From a virus, in IMG/VR virus record IMGVR_UViG_3300042332_001411, positions 6,786-70,785 of that record: a stretch of DNA of 64,000 nt; one strand, 5' to 3'. How positions within the stretch are numbered: the first letter of the stretch is position 1; each line of letters starts with the position of its first letter. The notes under the pieces are model-generated. The model worked only from the letters and a program-made list of their open reading frames with translations. It had not been told where the DNA came from and did no database searches. Shown piece by piece: positions 50,005 through 59,040 of this stretch. The position numbers and the translations under genes are program-made.

Positions 50005-50284
50005 ATGGAAAGATTCTGCTTTATGTTTAGGGCAACCAACTAGTGTTTTTTTTGAGCAATACGAAGAAGGCAGTATAGATTATAAAAATGGGATAGATCA
50101 ATTTTGTTTAAATTGTCCAGTATTAAAAAAATGCTTTGCAGTCGGAGTATCTGGTAAAGAATATGGCCTTTGGGGAGGGATATATTTAGAAGAAGGGGAG
50201 CCGTCAAAAGAGTTTAATTCTCATAAAACAAAAGAAAAGTGGTCAACTCATTGGAAAGCATTAACAATGGATAAAGAATTATAA
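49991..50284 (+). CDS. whiB: WhiB-family transcription factor
   Basis: W...ALC...FF...C..CPV...C...GLWGG. Confidence 0.9.
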   Translation: MKDHKWKDSALCLGQPTSVFFEQYEEGSIDYKNGIDQFCLNCPVLKKCFAVGVSGKEYGLWGGIYLEEGEPSKEFNSHKTKEKWSTHWKALTMDKEL

Positions 50285-50514
50285 TGTATACAGACAGTAT
50301 GCGTAGAGCCTTTAGGTCTATCAGGGCCCCTAAAAATTTTAGTGTTGATCTTGTAGATAATGAACATTTTTTAGTTGTTCGAGCAGACGAGGTGGCTTTT
50401 GTAAAATTAGGGCATGATGACAAAATAGAAGCAGTACAATATATGATAAAAGTTAAAAAAGCATTAGAAGAAAATGGGGCAATTGTTTTGTTAACACGAA
50501 AGGCAGTAAAATAA
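50284..50514 (+). CDS. Hypothetical protein
   Basis: Coupled to whiB. Confidence 0.6.
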   Translation: MYTDSMRRAFRSIRAPKNFSVDLVDNEHFLVVRADEVAFVKLGHDDKIEAVQYMIKVKKALEENGAIVLLTRKAVK

Positions 50515-50516
50515 CA

Positions 50517-50690
50517 ATGATAGATTTACGGGGCACACCTACACATGTATGCGTATGTGGCTCTAAGGTTTGGAATATTAAGGCAATGTTTGAAGATGGT
50601 GCAATTGCCTTATATTTCTTAGATATGAAGTGTGCTGATTGCGGATCTTTGGCAACAGCACCTACTGAAATTGACGGAGGAGAGTTATAA
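50517..50690 (+). CDS. Small zinc-ribbon protein (not in the ORF track)
   Basis: MIDLRGTPTHVCVCGS...CADCGS; 57 aa. Confidence 0.65.
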   Translation: MIDLRGTPTHVCVCGSKVWNIKAMFEDGAIALYFLDMKCADCGSLATAPTEIDGGEL

Positions 50691-50691
50691 G

Positions 50692-51387
50692 ATGTCAAGA
50701 ATGCCAGTGCCTCCTGCATCTTCTGATGACTTTGTTTTGTTAGATGATCAAATAGACTGTGCTTATTTAATTGATCAAGACAAACTTAATCTTGCAAAAA
50801 TATATTCGTCTAGAGAAGAATACATCAAGACCCTTCCTTTTGGTTTAAACTATATGGAGGTAGGGGTAGCCTGGGGATATTATTCCGAATTGGTTGCTAA
50901 ACAAAAAGCCCCAGAATGCATACACCTGGTAGATTATTTTGATCAAGATTTAAAGTGTTGGTCTTGGAGAAAATTTGGAGAGTGTAAATGTTCGGGGCAA
51001 AAACATGAACTATTATATACTCCAGAAACGCATGAAGCCTATATAGTTGATAAATTCAGTACATACAACAACGTAAAAACGTTTAAAGGGGATAGTAAAA
51101 AAATATTAAAAAATATTTTAAATAAATATGACTATATATATTTAGATATAACTAACGATAGAAAAGACATAAGGCCCACCCTTCAAGCAGCCTCCTTATT
51201 AGTTAAAGATGGAGGAATTATTGGCCTAAATGATTATTTAATTTATGATGGAATAATTGAAGACAAGCCATACGCAACATTTCAGGTAGTAAATGAGTTT
51301 TTACGCTATAATAGTAATTGGAGCGTTGATGCAATAGCATTACATGCTCTAGGATTTTATGATATATATATAAAAAAGGACTGCTAA
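50692..51387 (+). CDS. Class I SAM methyltransferase (Methyltransf_24-like)
   Basis: MEVGVAWG; YDYIYLD; GGIIGLNDY. Confidence 0.8.
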   Translation: MSRMPVPPASSDDFVLLDDQIDCAYLIDQDKLNLAKIYSSREEYIKTLPFGLNYMEVGVAWGYYSELVAKQKAPECIHLVDYFDQDLKCWSWRKFGECKCSGQKHELLYTPETHEAYIVDKFSTYNNVKTFKGDSKKILKNILNKYDYIYLDITNDRKDIRPTLQAASLLVKDGGIIGLNDYLIYDGIIEDKPYATFQVVNEFLRYNSNWSVDAIALHALGFYDIYIKKDC

Positions 51388-52307
51388 TGACAAATAACTA
51401 TAACTATATTCCAAAACATGTTTCGTCTTCTCCTGTTACAGAAGACTACATATTTACTGACCCAAATAATATTTTTATGGATTTATTTAAGAATGAATTT
51501 GATACAACATGGATGAGAAATACCGAACAAAAAACATTTAGCATAATTGAACCAGAAAAAGAAACTATTGATGATGGTTTGGTTATTTATAATTATAACA
51601 AACAGAAGTTTAGATCTGATGACTTTACTAATGTTCATAATGGAAAGCATATTCTTTTTTCTGGATGCTCAGAAACAGAGGGTGTTGGCGGAAACATAGA
51701 AGACGCTTGGTCTAAAGTCTTGTATGATCTTTTGTCTAAAGAAGAAAAATGTTCTGGATTTTTTAATTTGTCAAGATCTGGCTGGGGCTGGTCAAGAATT
51801 ATAACAAATGCTTTAGTTTATTTTAAAAAGTATGGATACCCTGATACCTATTTTATTATGTTGCCAAATCATCAAAGAAAATTTCTTTATTCTAGTCATG
51901 GACATCCGTGGGCATATTGGCAAAAATACCCAAAAGTCTACATGATGAAAAATCCTGACAAAGCAAACGATCCCGACTTTGCAACAGAGCCTAAAGAACA
52001 TCTAGAAGATTTTGTTTATTTTTTGATTTCTTGGAAAATTTTTAGCGAATTGTGTGTACAAAAAAATATCAATTTAATATTTTCTTCGTGGGATTCTATA
52101 GATAAAGAAAGCATATCTAGGCTAGAAGGCTTTGACAATTTTGTTAATATTCAAAACAATAAGATTGAAGATTATGCCAAGACATATTATAAAGATCATG
52201 AAATTAAAAAAGATGATTATAGCAAAAGAGATCATCATGCTGGAAGGATTCTTCATCATTTTTGGGCTGATGAATTCTATAAAAAATATCAGCAATTAGG
52301 AAAATAA
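51387..52307 (+). CDS. SGNH-hydrolase-like protein (paralog of 25185)
   Basis: FRSDDF...ILFSGCSETEG; RDHH near the C-terminus. Confidence 0.6.
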   Translation: MTNNYNYIPKHVSSSPVTEDYIFTDPNNIFMDLFKNEFDTTWMRNTEQKTFSIIEPEKETIDDGLVIYNYNKQKFRSDDFTNVHNGKHILFSGCSETEGVGGNIEDAWSKVLYDLLSKEEKCSGFFNLSRSGWGWSRIITNALVYFKKYGYPDTYFIMLPNHQRKFLYSSHGHPWAYWQKYPKVYMMKNPDKANDPDFATEPKEHLEDFVYFLISWKIFSELCVQKNINLIFSSWDSIDKESISRLEGFDNFVNIQNNKIEDYAKTYYKDHEIKKDDYSKRDHHAGRILHHFWADEFYKKYQQLGK

Positions 52308-52403
52308 TATGATAAATAAAATAAAGAGATATATAAAACTTAAAATACAAATAAGAAAAATTAAAAAACAAATAAATAAGCCACGAACTTTTATATATTA
52401 ATA

Positions 52404-52432
52404 TTGACAAATCATTGATTTGACACTATACT
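52404..52432 (+). promoter_or_regulatory. Sigma70 promoter for a leaderless transcript
   Basis: TTGACA-N17-TATACT-N6-ATG(52439). Confidence 0.75.
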
Positions 52433-52438
52433 TTATAT

Positions 52439-53431
52439 ATGACAAAAATAAAAACAATCCTAACTGTTTTATTAATTTCTATTGCTTCTCCAGCACATTC
52501 TATGGAGAATGCTCCTGATGCGCTAAATGATGGGAGAACAGTCCCTCTTATAATTCAAGGTAGTGGCAAAAATTGTACTGGATTTTTATATTCTGAAAAA
52601 ATTGTTTTAACTGCAGGGCATTGTATATTTGACCGATACACACAAAATTTATGGAAACAGCAGTATATAGGAAAACCAGGTATGCCTTACGTGCCAAACA
52701 GCAATGAGTACGAATTATTTTCTATAGAAAAGACTTTTTCAAATTGGAAAATTAAAACAGAAAAAGATTATTCAGATACCGATGATTTTGCTGTTTTGGT
52801 TTTAAAAAATAAAATTTCAGTTCCTGGAAAAGCATATATTGCTACAAAAGAACAGGTGGACAATTATATAAAAAACAAAGCCATGGTCACAACAATTGGC
52901 TATGGTATGCAAAGCAAAGAACATAAACAAAACGATCTTACAAAGCCAAAATATGCACAATTTCCATTAATTTCAAATGAAAGAGTTAACGCTGTAGTAT
53001 CCGAAGTTTATAATTATAGTGGGGTTGGTCACTATGGAATGAAAATTCACGTACTTCAAGTTCCTGGAGGGCCAAGCACCTGTTCTGGTGATTCAGGGTC
53101 GCCATTTTATATAAAAGATGGAGAAACCTTTATCTATTTAGGGCCATTGTCTTGGGGTTTTGGTGGAATTCCAAATTGCAGTGGTAACGGATGGAAGACA
53201 AATGAAATGAATATGGGGTCAGTAGCAGCATACGATTATTTATCTTTAATTAAAGAAGCAGAAGATTATGTTGCCAAGCAAAATGTGGTAATTATACCAA
53301 CACCAACCAACTCTCCATTAACCAAAAAATCAATTATTAAAGTAACAATAAAATGTTATAAAGGAAAAGAAATAAAGAAAATATATGGAATTAATCCTAA
53401 ATGTCCAAAAGGATATAAAGTAAAGGTTTAG
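52439..53431 (+). CDS. Secreted trypsin-like serine protease
   Basis: Signal peptide; LTAGHC; DFAVL; CSGDSGSP; C-terminal TIKCYKGK...PKCPKGY tail. Confidence 0.9.
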   Translation: MTKIKTILTVLLISIASPAHSMENAPDALNDGRTVPLIIQGSGKNCTGFLYSEKIVLTAGHCIFDRYTQNLWKQQYIGKPGMPYVPNSNEYELFSIEKTFSNWKIKTEKDYSDTDDFAVLVLKNKISVPGKAYIATKEQVDNYIKNKAMVTTIGYGMQSKEHKQNDLTKPKYAQFPLISNERVNAVVSEVYNYSGVGHYGMKIHVLQVPGGPSTCSGDSGSPFYIKDGETFIYLGPLSWGFGGIPNCSGNGWKTNEMNMGSVAAYDYLSLIKEAEDYVAKQNVVIIPTPTNSPLTKKSIIKVTIKCYKGKEIKKIYGINPKCPKGYKVKV

Positions 53432-53497
53432 GGTTGATAGTGCTATAATAGAGGTACCCTTTAAACGGGGGAATAAAAATATATAAAAAGGAGAAAC

Positions 53498-53770
53498 ATG
53501 TCAAACATTGACACTAAACAATTAAAGGCTATGGGAGCATCCTATGGTCGATCAGTATTAGGTGCAGGAATTGCCTTATACATGTCTGGTATCACAGATC
53601 CAAAGGATCTATGGGCTGCTCTAGTGGCTGCCATTGCGCCCGTTCTATTACGTGCAATAAATCCTGGAGATCAGGCATTTGGTCTACTACCAACTGTTGA
53701 GTCCGTAGACAAGGCTTTAAAGGCTGCTAAGGCCCCTGTAAAGAAGGCTGCTGCAAAGAAAAAGAAATAG
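53498..53770 (+). CDS. Holin-like membrane protein
   Basis: SYGRS..., two hydrophobic segments, P.LLRAINP.D.AFG, basic tail. Confidence 0.55.
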   Translation: MSNIDTKQLKAMGASYGRSVLGAGIALYMSGITDPKDLWAALVAAIAPVLLRAINPGDQAFGLLPTVESVDKALKAAKAPVKKAAAKKKK

Positions 53771-53785
53771 GTTTAATTTAAAATT

Positions 53786-53813
53786 GGCCATGCAGAAATG
53801 TGTGGCCTTTTTT
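53786..53813 (+). terminator. Rho-independent terminator
   Basis: GGCCATGCA-GAAA-TGTGTGGCC followed by a T-run. Confidence 0.85.
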
Positions 53814-53834
53814 ATTTAATGATATAATAAAAAT

Positions 53835-54410
53835 ATGTATAAGATAATTAATAATTTTTTTAATGAAGAAGAAATAAATATTATATTAAATAATATAAAA
53901 GAAACAGAAGATTCAGGGGCTGGACAAATATATAGGCAGACAGGAAGAAAATTAATTGGTTTAGATAGTTTAAATAGAGATATTATTGATAAAGTTGAAG
54001 CCTACGTTAACAGCACATATAATAAAAAATTAATAGTAAAAGATATTGGTTTTATGAGGTTTAAAAAAGAATATGGAACCCCAAAACTATTGCCACATAA
54101 AGATGACTATGCTTGCGAAGTAGTATTTGATTATCAAGTTAAAACTAATAAAAAATGGGATTTGTTTATTAAGGGAGAAAGAATAGAGTTATTAGATAAT
54201 GATGCAGTTTGCTTTGAGGGAGAGGAAGAAGCGCACTGGAGAGAAAAGGTGTTATTTGGTGATGATGAGTTTGTAGAAATGATTTGTTTTAATTGTATTG
54301 GCGAAAATCATTGGAGACATTCGTCTACAACAAATCCTTTAAATGAAATTGAGCAAGCAAAAAAAACAAAACAAACTTTTAAAGATTGGTCTCATATATA
54401 TTCTGGTTGA
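53835..54410 (+). CDS. 2OG-Fe(II) oxygenase-like protein, family A
   Basis: PHKD..FDYQ..WDL..HWR. Confidence 0.75.
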   Translation: MYKIINNFFNEEEINIILNNIKETEDSGAGQIYRQTGRKLIGLDSLNRDIIDKVEAYVNSTYNKKLIVKDIGFMRFKKEYGTPKLLPHKDDYACEVVFDYQVKTNKKWDLFIKGERIELLDNDAVCFEGEEEAHWREKVLFGDDEFVEMICFNCIGENHWRHSSTTNPLNEIEQAKKTKQTFKDWSHIYSG

Positions 54411-55741
54411 TCTGGATATCCAGAAATTTTTAAAAATACATTAATTGCATATCTGAAATCGCTTGCTGGCATTATCCCATGCCTGTTGTACCAATTTCCT
54501 GGAAAAGACACCAACATTCCTGGCTCTGGTTTAATTTTAAAATCATGCTCAGGAAAATATAATTCTCCGCCATCGTAATCATCATTTAAATATAGCAAAT
54601 TTGATATGTGCCCACTCCAGTCATATTTAATATTATTGTCAAAATCAGTCAATATATCGCTATGAATATTAGTTGCAAAGTAAGGCAATCTACCATTTAA
54701 ATAATCACTTTTAATGTTATACCTGTTTGCATCATCATCGTGTTCTAATTTTAATTTAAATAAATCTTCTGAAATATTTTTAATTTTTTCTTTATATTTT
54801 AATATTAAATTTTTAGCGATAGGGATATTTTTTTCATTAATTAGATCTTCTCTATAAAAAAAATTACATAATTCATTTATGACGGCAAGATCATCTTTAG
54901 GCATAAAATTTTTTACAATTTTAATTGTATCCTTATTGGTTCCCAAAAAAATAGTTGCTTTATCTTTTATTTTAGTCTCACCTCTAATTGAGTCAGTAAA
55001 TATTTTTTTAGGATCTGCTGTAGCAATATTTTCTACTTTAAAATATTCACTCATTTTTGGTTTTTGCAAATTCATAGACTCTGATTCTATAATTTCATTT
55101 TTAAAATCACTAAATCTAGTCCATAACGAAAGGGTAAACCTTGTTGCCCCAGTAGTTTGTGTTACTCCATGAAGAAAATGTAAATTTCCAGGGAAACATA
55201 CAAACATTCCTGGCTCAGGAACAATTTCGACTCCTTGATCTGGAAAATACAAAACTCCCCCATCGTAATCTTTGTTTAAATAACAAAGAATAGACAGATG
55301 CCCACTCCACAAAAATGGCCAAACTTTTTCTTGCTCGGCGAATAAATTGGGCTGATCATAAACTTCTTCTTGATGATAATCAATGATATCTGTATGTGGC
55401 TCAAGGTAAGATCCTTCTGGATGAATAAATAAATCTAAGGGTCTATCTTTATTCAACTTTAATCCATATAGTTCTTCTGCTTTATTCCTTAGCATATTTT
55501 CATATTTTTTAAATTTTTCTTGCAATACGGGATCAGTTGCATTAACAATAAAATGGTGTGTTTTATTTTTTTCAACTTTTGACATTATTTTTCCAAAATT
55601 TACAAATTCATCGATATCAGATTGCGGAATAAAATTTTTAATTATTTTTATTGTGTCTGGGCCAGTACCAATTATTTTACTAATGTTATCTATTTTTTTT
55701 GTTGGCACATTGACTGGCGTAATTTGACCATTTTTGTTCAT
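54392..55741 (-). CDS. Two-domain prolyl-4-hydroxylase-like oxygenase, family B
   Basis: Two HxD...WSGH...YLN.DYDGG..FP...HG...R domains; start at 55741 inferred from the leaderless -10. Confidence 0.85.
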   Translation of the reverse strand: MNKNGQITPVNVPTKKIDNISKIIGTGPDTIKIIKNFIPQSDIDEFVNFGKIMSKVEKNKTHHFIVNATDPVLQEKFKKYENMLRNKAEELYGLKLNKDRPLDLFIHPEGSYLEPHTDIIDYHQEEVYDQPNLFAEQEKVWPFLWSGHLSILCYLNKDYDGGVLYFPDQGVEIVPEPGMFVCFPGNLHFLHGVTQTTGATRFTLSLWTRFSDFKNEIIESESMNLQKPKMSEYFKVENIATADPKKIFTDSIRGETKIKDKATIFLGTNKDTIKIVKNFMPKDDLAVINELCNFFYREDLINEKNIPIAKNLILKYKEKIKNISEDLFKLKLEHDDDANRYNIKSDYLNGRLPYFATNIHSDILTDFDNNIKYDWSGHISNLLYLNDDYDGGELYFPEHDFKIKPEPGMLVSFPGNWYNRHGIMPASDFRYAINVFLKISGYPDQPEYI

Positions 55742-55779
55742 ATACATATTGTATCATGACCATATGTTATAATAATTTT

Positions 55780-56385
55780 ATGGCAAATTTTTTAATTCCA
55801 CAAGATAGTCTAAAATATGCAAAACTGTATAGTAGTCGTGATGAGTTTATAAAAACGTTGCCGAAAGGGCTAACATTTTTAGAGGCTGGAGTTTTGGCTG
55901 GAGATTTTTCTGCCAAGGTAATAGAGGTTTGCTCTCCGTCTAAATCTATCTTAATTGACCCATACGAGTCTCTTGATTGGAATGCTGCCGAATATCATGA
56001 AAGCAGGTGGCATGGGCCAGAGCAGCATTTTAATTTTGTAAAACAAAGATTTTCTAATATAACAACAGTAAAACTTTTTCAAGGAAAATATGAAGATTTT
56101 GCTTTAAACAATAAAGATACTTTTGATTTTTTATATATGGATTATGATACTTCGTATACCTCAATACAACATCAAATAGAAATATCAAAATCTAGGTTAA
56201 GTATAGATGGAATTTTAGGCTTTAATGATTACAATATTTATGAGAATGATACAAATACAGGAAAAAAACAAGGGACAGTTCATGCAATTAATGATTTTCT
56301 TTATAAAAATTCTGATTGGTACGTTTACGCTTTTGCCTTAAATGACAACCTTACCTCAGACATTTATTTAAAAAAATTAACTTAA
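55780..56385 (+). CDS. Class I SAM methyltransferase (paralog of 50692)
   Basis: LEAGVLAG; FDFLYMD; GILGFNDY; shares AK.YSSR.E.IKTLP.GL with 50692. Confidence 0.8.
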   Translation: MANFLIPQDSLKYAKLYSSRDEFIKTLPKGLTFLEAGVLAGDFSAKVIEVCSPSKSILIDPYESLDWNAAEYHESRWHGPEQHFNFVKQRFSNITTVKLFQGKYEDFALNNKDTFDFLYMDYDTSYTSIQHQIEISKSRLSIDGILGFNDYNIYENDTNTGKKQGTVHAINDFLYKNSDWYVYAFALNDNLTSDIYLKKLT

Positions 56386-57300
56386 ACCTTTAATTTCACT
56401 TATAATTCTATTTGCTATCTTATCGTACTCAATTTCTAAAATAGCGTTGTTCATGTCTATTGTATGAACTTTAATTTTGCCAATCTCCTCAAAAAGAATT
56501 TTTGTTATTTTTTTATGATTTTCTTCTGGTAGCCTATCAGATGATGTAGGTATAATAAGAAAAGACATTTTAAATGGCACGTCAAAATCATAATCTAATA
56601 ATTGATTTTTTGCATTTGTTATAAAGTCATTTATAATCAATTCGTTAATTGTTGTGGCATTAATTACTATTGTAATAAAAGTGCTATTTGGAAAAATATC
56701 AATAACTTTGTCTAAAAATTCTAATATAAAAGTTTTTGAGTCTTGGTGATCTGTTTTAATGTAAGGAAAAAGACAAGGCATTCCATGATCAAGTAAATCT
56801 AACAAAAAAATATCTTGATCTTTTTTGCTTGCTGGAATTAGTTCTTTATATATAAATTCACTAGATGCAAAGGCAGAATGGCTAAGAATTAAAGAAGAAA
56901 TTGATGGTCCTGGGCAAACAGTATAAGGAATTTTATTTTTTAATGCCAAAGAAACTAACATTGTCCCTGGGTCTGTGGTTCCAGGCATTCCTTCGGCAGA
57001 ACAATATACAACATTTTTGTTACTATCAATAGTTTCTTTTATTATTTTAATTACTTCGTCATCTGATATACCTTGCCAACTGTGCTTTTTCATAATTTCG
57101 GTTCGAAGATCTACAGTCGGATTGGGCCATTGATAAATTTTTTTATTATCTATAATGTTTAATTGTTTTAATTTATTTTTAAAGAATCCTTTATCTTCTA
57201 CAATAAAGACATCTGTTTCTTTAATTATATCTAAAGCCCTAACAGTAATATCGTTAACATTTCCTAAATCAACACCGACAAAAATTAATTGTCCACTCAT
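56377..57300 (-). CDS. RsmI-like tetrapyrrole-methylase-family SAM methyltransferase
   Basis: LIFVGVDLGN..DIT.RAL; VED; SAEGMPG..DPG; PGPS. Confidence 0.8.
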   Translation of the reverse strand: MSGQLIFVGVDLGNVNDITVRALDIIKETDVFIVEDKGFFKNKLKQLNIIDNKKIYQWPNPTVDLRTEIMKKHSWQGISDDEVIKIIKETIDSNKNVVYCSAEGMPGTTDPGTMLVSLALKNKIPYTVCPGPSISSLILSHSAFASSEFIYKELIPASKKDQDIFLLDLLDHGMPCLFPYIKTDHQDSKTFILEFLDKVIDIFPNSTFITIVINATTINELIINDFITNAKNQLLDYDFDVPFKMSFLIIPTSSDRLPEENHKKITKILFEEIGKIKVHTIDMNNAILEIEYDKIANRIISEIKGLS

Positions 57301-57485
57301 TATTCTTTTTCGTTATCTTTTTTATTTTGTAAAATATTTGCATAGGTCATCCCTCTTATTTTTTCATAAATACTTTTTTGTTGTCTTTGAAATTTAGATA
57401 ATTGAACCTTATTTGACAATCTTTTCTTGTTTTTATTTGATCTTTTAACTTTAGATTTAGAAACTTTATCGTTACTTTTTTTCAT
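57300..57485 (-). CDS. Small basic protein
   Basis: Lys/Arg-rich; coupled to the RsmI-like gene. Confidence 0.5.
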   Translation of the reverse strand: MKKSNDKVSKSKVKRSNKNKKRLSNKVQLSKFQRQQKSIYEKIRGMTYANILQNKKDNEKE

Positions 57486-57494
57486 TTATACCCC

Positions 57495-57617
57495 TTATTC
57501 ATCTTCAGATGGTTTATTTGATACCCAAACTCCGTCTTGATCTATGCCTTTTGTCATATAAAAATAGCAAGAAATAAAACCAATAAAAAAACTAAACAAT
57601 ACCAATAATGCTGTCAT
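57495..57617 (-). CDS. Small single-TM protein
   Basis: SD AAAGGAG before ATG 57617; MTALLVLFSFFIGF. Confidence 0.55.
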   Translation of the reverse strand: MTALLVLFSFFIGFISCYFYMTKGIDQDGVWVSNKPSEDE

Positions 57618-57678
57618 TTTTTTCTCCTTTGTATCAGTATACCAAAAAAACGGGGATAAGTCAAGATATACTATATAA

Positions 57679-58002
57679 ATGGAAAGAGCCTTACTATACC
57701 TAATATACTCTCCATCTCTTAAAGCCTTTAAGGTTGGGATATCCAATCTATCTAATCGTAGATATTCTCAACACAGAGTAAAGGGCTGGATGATTATTCG
57801 TTATTGGTATTTTGAAAATAGGGATAGTGCTAGGCTTGTAGAACAGGAGGTTTTAAAGGTTTTTCGTAATAGATTCCCAGAGACTCACTTAAAGAAAGAA
57901 GATATGCCACAACATGGATATACCGAGGCCTTTAGTTCCAAGTCTATCTCATCACGTAAAGTAATAAATATCATTAATAAAACTATTAAAAACAAACTTT
58001 AA
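57679..58002 (+). CDS. GIY-YIG/T5orf172-like nuclease-domain protein
   Basis: LYLI...KVGIS...R...E...GYTEAF. Confidence 0.7.
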   Translation: MERALLYLIYSPSLKAFKVGISNLSNRRYSQHRVKGWMIIRYWYFENRDSARLVEQEVLKVFRNRFPETHLKKEDMPQHGYTEAFSSKSISSRKVINIINKTIKNKL

Positions 58003-58015
58003 TTTTTAAAATTTT

Positions 58016-58507
58016 TTACCTATGTCTCAAATGACCAGGCTCTGCGTAATGACAAAAAAGAACAGCAACATGAGCGTTTGGTTTTTCTAATCTTTTTCTT
58101 GAGTGACTTTGCTCTTCTCCCCAAAAAAATAATGCTTGATTTTCTTTTAAAGTGTAAGGAGTATCTTCAACATATATATCCCATGGCTCAGTCTGATATA
58201 AAGGTATATCTAGGGTATGAGTTCCTCCATAAGAATCTTTGTGTTTGGTGACTATTGCGTTAGTCTCATAATGTGCAAAAAATCCTATGGTCGGCAAAAT
58301 TTTGTCATTGCCTAAAGTTTTTCTAACAATGTCTAAACTTGAATATAAAAAATCTTTTAAAATTGGCAGATTCATTGAGTCATTAATATATCTACCTTCT
58401 CTATTTTGCCAGTGATAGTTTTTGTAGTTTGCCTTAAAATAAGTTTGTAGTTTTAGGAATTCGTCTTCTTTTATTAAATTATCTATGATTTTGGGCGTTC
58501 TATCCAT
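58016..58507 (-). CDS. 2OG-Fe(II) oxygenase-like protein (family A, divergent)
   Basis: KHKD...WDIYVE...L.ENQA..F.GE...H.R...LFCHY. Confidence 0.75.
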   Translation of the reverse strand: MDRTPKIIDNLIKEDEFLKLQTYFKANYKNYHWQNREGRYINDSMNLPILKDFLYSSLDIVRKTLGNDKILPTIGFFAHYETNAIVTKHKDSYGGTHTLDIPLYQTEPWDIYVEDTPYTLKENQALFFWGEEQSHSRKRLEKPNAHVAVLFCHYAEPGHLRHR

Positions 58508-58600
58508 ACTTTAAGTTTATCATAATAGTTTTAAATTTCGGCGAAAAATAGAAAGAGTAAACTAATCTATGCACCTAGCGGTGCACTATCGGTTAATATT

Positions 58601-58747
58601 CTAATATGCCTGCATTAGGAATTCACTATCCCAAAGGGCACACAAAGACTCATTCCCAATATCATCAAAGTAATAGCGATTTTTTTCGGGGCTATAAGTC
58701 CAACCCTTCCATATATCACCATCATCCCAAGTAAGGTTTGTATCCAT
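58601..58747 (-). CDS. Small Trp/Asp-rich protein (not in the ORF track)
   Basis: MDTNLTWDDGDIWKGWTY...; 48 aa. Confidence 0.5.
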   Translation of the reverse strand: MDTNLTWDDGDIWKGWTYSPEKNRYYFDDIGNESLCALWDSEFLMQAY

Positions 58748-58751
58748 TAGT

Positions 58752-58925
58752 TCATGCATTATCTATTTTCCTAACAGTAATTGGACCATTAAGTGATTGC
58801 CAGACTTTTTCTTCATCTCTCATTTGTTTGCGCTTTCTTTTCATATAGCCTTTTGTGTACTCCATAGCCCCAGTTGAGGTACCAGTTTTACCAGAAGACA
58901 GTAAACTGCTTTTCTTTTTAGCCAT
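58752..58925 (-). CDS. Small basic protein
   Basis: SD GAAAGG before ATG 58925. Confidence 0.55.
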   Translation of the reverse strand: MAKKKSSLLSSGKTGTSTGAMEYTKGYMKRKRKQMRDEEKVWQSLNGPITVRKIDNA

Positions 58926-58943
58926 ATAACCTTTCAATTTTAA

Positions 58944-59010
58944 GGACAGTTTTAAGACTTATCCAGGTCCTATCCTGATCTTTTCCTTTATAGACGTTGT
59001 CAGGCTCTAT
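58944..59010 (-). ncRNA. Candidate tandem-pseudoknot leader RNA
   Basis: Stems ATAGA/TCTAT with CCTGA/TCAGG, then GAC/GTC with GGATA/TGTCC; lies downstream of a consensus promoter. Confidence 0.5.
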
Positions 59011-59040
59011 TTGTTCGTCTTGTGGGGTATTGCACTATTA

